NCBI GenBank assembly: GCA_035714175.1
Contig: DASTML010000106.1
Span: 97,045-161,044 of the forward strand
Source: Bryobacteraceae bacterium
Lineage (GTDB): Bacteria > Acidobacteriota > Terriglobia > Bryobacterales > Bryobacteraceae
Direction of reading: 5' to 3'
DNA length: 64,000 bases
Below are positions 62,478 through 64,000 of this stretch, one piece after another. Numbering within the stretch: position 1 is the first letter of the stretch; each line of letters starts with the position of its first letter. Made by a program: the position numbers and the translations under genes. The notes beneath the pieces were generated by a model that made no database searches, was not told where the DNA came from, and saw only the letters and a list, made by a program, of their open reading frames with translations.

Positions 62478-64000
62478 GTGAGCCAGGGAGAACCAACCTT
62501 GAACCCCGCCCAACGCACTGCCCACTTTGACGAACTCAACCGGCTAGACGCGGAAATCCGCCGAGCGGGTGATGTTTATACGCTACGGCCGATTCACGAC
62601 AGGCTGGAAGAGCTTTCCCGCCTGTATGCATCCGATGCGGCGATGATGAATGCCATCGGATCGGTGAAAGCGACCATGGTTGCGCATGGGCAGCGGCTCA
62701 TGTCCAACAGCGGGCAGACGCCAACGCCCGGTCCGTTGCAGCCGCCTCCGGCCGCCGGATCGCTCCCCACCCAGGTTATGCCGACCTCTGGCGTTTCCGT
62801 GCCTCCTTCGGCCGGACCCGCCACCGGCCCAGGCCCGCGAATACCGTCGGGACCGCAACAGGTTGTTTCGCCGGCGGGACAGCCTCCGGCAAAGCCCGCT
62901 GCCGCTTTCAATTGGAAGCGAGCCGCCGCCGTTGGCGGCGTGATTGGATTGCTGGTCGCCGCCGGCGGCATTTATACGATTCAAAACGCGCGGAAAGCCA
63001 AGGACATTGGCGCTACCGCGGGCAACGTACGCGTTGCGGTAAAAACGAACCCGCCGGGAGCGTCGATTCGCGTCAACGGCGAAGTGAAGTGCACCTCGGA
63101 TTGCAATATTGAACTGGCGCCGGGTCCTTACGAGGTACAAGCGGTATTGCCGGGCTATGAGACGGCCACCTCGAAGTTAGAGTTATCGGCAACGGCCCCG
63201 GGCAACGTAGACCTGACGTTGCAACCGCTTCCGCTCTCCGTCCGGCTGTATACGGATTTCACAACCGGCAAGGTGACCTTTGACGGCGCCCCCTACGGCG
63301 ATTTGCAGGATGGACAACTAATTCTGGACCGTATTTCGGCCGGGAAGCACACGATTAAGGTCAACTCGCAGGCGAATGAAGCGCAATTTGAGTTCGAAGC
63401 GCAGCCGGGAAGGCAACCGGTCGTGATTGGACCTGTTACCGCACGCAATACCTTGGCAATCCTGGTCGCCAATGCTGGGCAGCAGACCCGGATTCACTCC
63501 TCGATACCGGCGCTAAAAGTTGCCATCGACGGGAATATGGCCGGGGATGCCACCCCCACGGGACTGGACGTCAACAATCTGCAACCAGGCGACCGGGAGT
63601 TCTCCGTAGACGACGGCGGCACGAAACGCAACTTGCTGGTATCTGTTTCCGCACAGCCAACCTTGACGGCCTATCTGAAACTTGACATCAACGCGGGTTC
63701 GCTGCTGATCTCCACCCCCGGAGAAGAGGGAGTTTCCGCATTCCTGAATGATCGTCCGGCCCGCATCAAGTCCAAGGCTGGTCAAATGCGCTTGCCGGGT
63801 ATCCCGGTCGGCACCTACATGGTGCGAGTGGCAAAGGATGGCTACGCGCAGGAAGCGCCGCAAAAGGTTGTGATCGCCAAGGGGCAGGAGGCGCGCGTCG
63901 AGTTCAAGCTAAAGATTGTCCCCAAAGTGGCGACGTTGCGGCTGCGCGGGGTAGTCACAGGAACTCAGGTTTATCTGGACGGAAACGCGATAGGCGCCGT
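62478..64000 (+). CDS. PEGA-domain membrane protein; the 3' end lies outside the window
   Basis: This ORF is not in the track because it has no stop in the window. I translated it by hand from GTG 62478 (the frame is open from 62400). It has a Pro-rich linker, a TM helix AAAVGGVIGLLVAAGGIY, then repeated PEGA-like modules (NPPGASIRVNGE..LAPGPYEVQAVLPGYE; ..VGTYMVRVAKDGY..). The start codon is uncertain. Confidence 0.75.
   Translation, partial: MSQGEPTLNPAQRTAHFDELNRLDAEIRRAGDVYTLRPIHDRLEELSRLYASDAAMMNAIGSVKATMVAHGQRLMSNSGQTPTPGPLQPPPAAGSLPTQVMPTSGVSVPPSAGPATGPGPRIPSGPQQVVSPAGQPPAKPAAAFNWKRAAAVGGVIGLLVAAGGIYTIQNARKAKDIGATAGNVRVAVKTNPPGASIRVNGEVKCTSDCNIELAPGPYEVQAVLPGYETATSKLELSATAPGNVDLTLQPLPLSVRLYTDFTTGKVTFDGAPYGDLQDGQLILDRISAGKHTIKVNSQANEAQFEFEAQPGRQPVVIGPVTARNTLAILVANAGQQTRIHSSIPALKVAIDGNMAGDATPTGLDVNNLQPGDREFSVDDGGTKRNLLVSVSAQPTLTAYLKLDINAGSLLISTPGEEGVSAFLNDRPARIKSKAGQMRLPGIPVGTYMVRVAKDGYAQEAPQKVVIAKGQEARVEFKLKIVPKVATLRLRGVVTGTQVYLDGNAIGA

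Noticed and set aside
1-64000. Scan for CRISPR arrays, tRNA/rRNA genes, IS elements, integrases, prophage genes, toxin-antitoxin pairs and known defence-system domains (nucleases, helicases, STAND/AAA ATPases, TIR, SIR2)
   Set aside because: None was recognised by eye. No regularly spaced repeats, no cloverleaf-like segments in the short intergenic regions, and no ORF with transposase, recombinase or defence-type motifs. A computational scan (tRNAscan-SE, Infernal, ISEScan, DefenseFinder/PADLOC) would be needed to be certain.

Overview
GC-rich, tightly packed chromosomal DNA. The gene content looks acidobacterial: two ADOP-type duplicated MacB/FtsX permeases, three TonB-dependent receptors (two with a CarboxypepD_reg-type N-terminus), PQQ-like propellers, a CRTAC1/ASPIC protein, a PEGA protein and a TPR Ser/Thr kinase. 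I support about 52 protein-coding genes, mostly in long co-directional arrays with 4-13 nt start/stop overlaps. I saw no rRNA, tRNA, CRISPR array, transposase, integrase, phage gene or recognisable defence or toxin-antitoxin gene. The many long antisense ORFs in the track are GC artefacts. The most interesting locus is 10706-14577. It encodes a 948-aa protein in which a catalase-related haem domain (distal His and proximal Tyr motifs present) is fused to a LodA/GoxA-type cysteine-tryptophylquinone amino-acid oxidase. The LodB-type flavoprotein needed for cofactor biogenesis follows directly, and a very basic secreted micro-protein lies just upstream. Second is a siderophore and extracytoplasmic electron-transfer cluster (27146-33385): STN-domain TonB receptor, PiuC, PepSY membrane protein, DUF2271 carrying a DGVSGAT flavinylation motif, DUF4198 and ApbE. 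Third is an ~18 kb minus-strand array (33382-51164). It mixes glycan-assembly genes (three GT4 enzymes, one fused to a methyltransferase, and an ABC-2 permease with no ATPase partner) with an M23 peptidase, two very large TonB-dependent receptors and an unknown single-pass membrane protein. All functional calls come from motif recognition by eye, and no database search was run.
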